A DNA stretch of 64,000 bases from Iphione sp. A-MEVVRFRX5 (taxonomy: Eukaryota), in the NCBI GenBank assembly GCA_976226885.1, contig OZ320316.1:31620001-31684000 (forward strand), in the 5' to 3' direction. Shown here in pieces: positions 62,479 to 64,000 of this stretch. The notes beneath the pieces were generated by a model. The model made no database searches, was not told where the DNA came from, and saw only the letters and a list, made by a program, of their open reading frames with translations. The stretch's first letter is position 1, and each line of letters starts with the position of its first letter. Position numbers and translations under genes: made by a program.

Positions 62479-64000
62479 GCCCATCCCTCACTGGCCCTGC
62501 ATACAACGCTTTCACTGGTGCACGTGCCACTATATGGGACCATAGAGTGCTGCCTCAATTTTGGGTGGTGACACCCGAAACCTCTATTGAAAACCACCGC
62601 TAGGCAAGACTAGGTGAAAAACCGACCCAAGGATGTTCCTCAATATCATAATGTTTCCTTTAGACTTCATATGGGACTAGCTTTGGGTTTCGATATTGCA
62701 TATAGATACATCAGACAGTTGTATAAAGACACATATTCAGGTATGCTGCTTGGCAAAGCGCCCATAGCATGGGCAGTTCAGGCCTTTTGCTAAGCTAGAG
62801 TTAATGCTAATGAATTCCCTTGTGTTGTCCATAATAATAGTGTATAATACTGCATCGTAGCAGGGGAACGTTGCACAGTCTACTGGACTACTGCCTAGTG
62901 AGGCAGTAGGCTACTGTATGAGAGTGATAGTTATCTGAATTTTGATCACTGAACGGTGAAACTTGGCCTGCCAATCCATCTGACTGCTGCCGTCTGAGCC
63001 ATCATACCATGGTAGTGGTAGCCATCTGGGTGTTTACTACTGAACCATAGCACTTGGGCCTGATAATCTCCCTGACTACTGTCTACTCAGCTAGAAAACT
63101 AGACGGGTGATATCTATCTGATGACTTGTTCCTGTGTCGTGACATGTACATCCGATAGCTTCCTGATCAATGAGACATGATTCTGGTAGATGATATCAGT
63201 GAACACATGAAACATACAACCAGATGACATCACGTACACAAACTATAGCAGGATTCATGTACACAAAAATACTCTTTTGTATATACAAGGATCTAAAGCA
63301 GAACCACGTGTTATGGTACAGATATCAAACTTTCTACTTTTTTTGTGCAATGTAAACCAGCGCACACATTTATATCATATGTATACTACACATACGGATG
63401 CTATGCAGTAAACAGGTCCTAGATGTTTGAGGGCTTAAGAAGTCGAAGTCCGACGATGCCAAATAGCCAGAAGGAATTTATTGTACATGCCATTTAATTT
63501 GACATAACTAAAGTGGTTCAAATCTTGAAGCAATCAATATATTACTCTTATTGGTTTGCCCAAACTAACAGGCCGACCTTAATCAATGAAATAGTACGAC
63601 CATTTTGTAGATGTTGCCCGTCAGCTGTATCCAAAACTGAATGAATTTAATTAGCTTCTACTCGCCTTTGATGACCTGACTGCAAAAACAATCAACATGT
63701 AGTATTACTTAACTATGAAATAAAAGTTACCTTTTGGATAGGTTATAGGTATAATCCACTCTCCAGTTATTGAAATTATATATATTATGGAGACCACTTC
63801 AGTGACAAATCACGATAACATAAGTTCGGTCCGAATGTGTATATATATATTTAACACAAAACATATAAAGCAGTGGGATACCTTTTGCACTATCCCCTTC
63901 ATCTCAGCTAACTTGGTAATACAGTAATTGTCAGAATTCATCAAGGAAATATCAAATATGGTATAGTCATGTATAGTAGGTAGTCACTTCCTTTACTATC

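Overview
Repeat-rich animal genomic DNA with spliceosomal introns and five N gaps. A lophotrochozoan-type invertebrate is inferred from gene and repeat content, not proven. The six-frame ORF track is mostly uninformative, so genes were rebuilt by hand from GT-AG sites and codon phase. Three + strand genes are supported. (1) The 3' part of a FoxN2/3 forkhead gene: six exons, 5009-18185, 329 aa in the window; most of the forkhead domain lies upstream. (2) A four-exon universal stress protein (USP) gene, 23961-26546, 162 aa, with an altered ATP-binding motif. (3) A divergent Q50 homeobox gene, about 36718-47791, about 800 aa, with an intron between homeodomain codons 46 and 47. Intergenic and intronic DNA holds several families of Harbinger-type MITEs (TWA target duplications), a Tc1/pogo-type MITE, a tRNA-derived SINE, and a decayed Penelope-like element whose GIY-YIG endonuclease is split by a MITE and followed by a hammerhead-ribozyme-like relic. 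The most striking unexplained pattern is about 18 RFX X-box-like palindromes in the FoxN2/3 introns (783-14875), against only a handful seen by eye in the remaining 49 kb. There are also candidate orphan exons near 21.7-22.2 kb and 59.9 kb and a CpG-rich promoter-like island at 53-54 kb.
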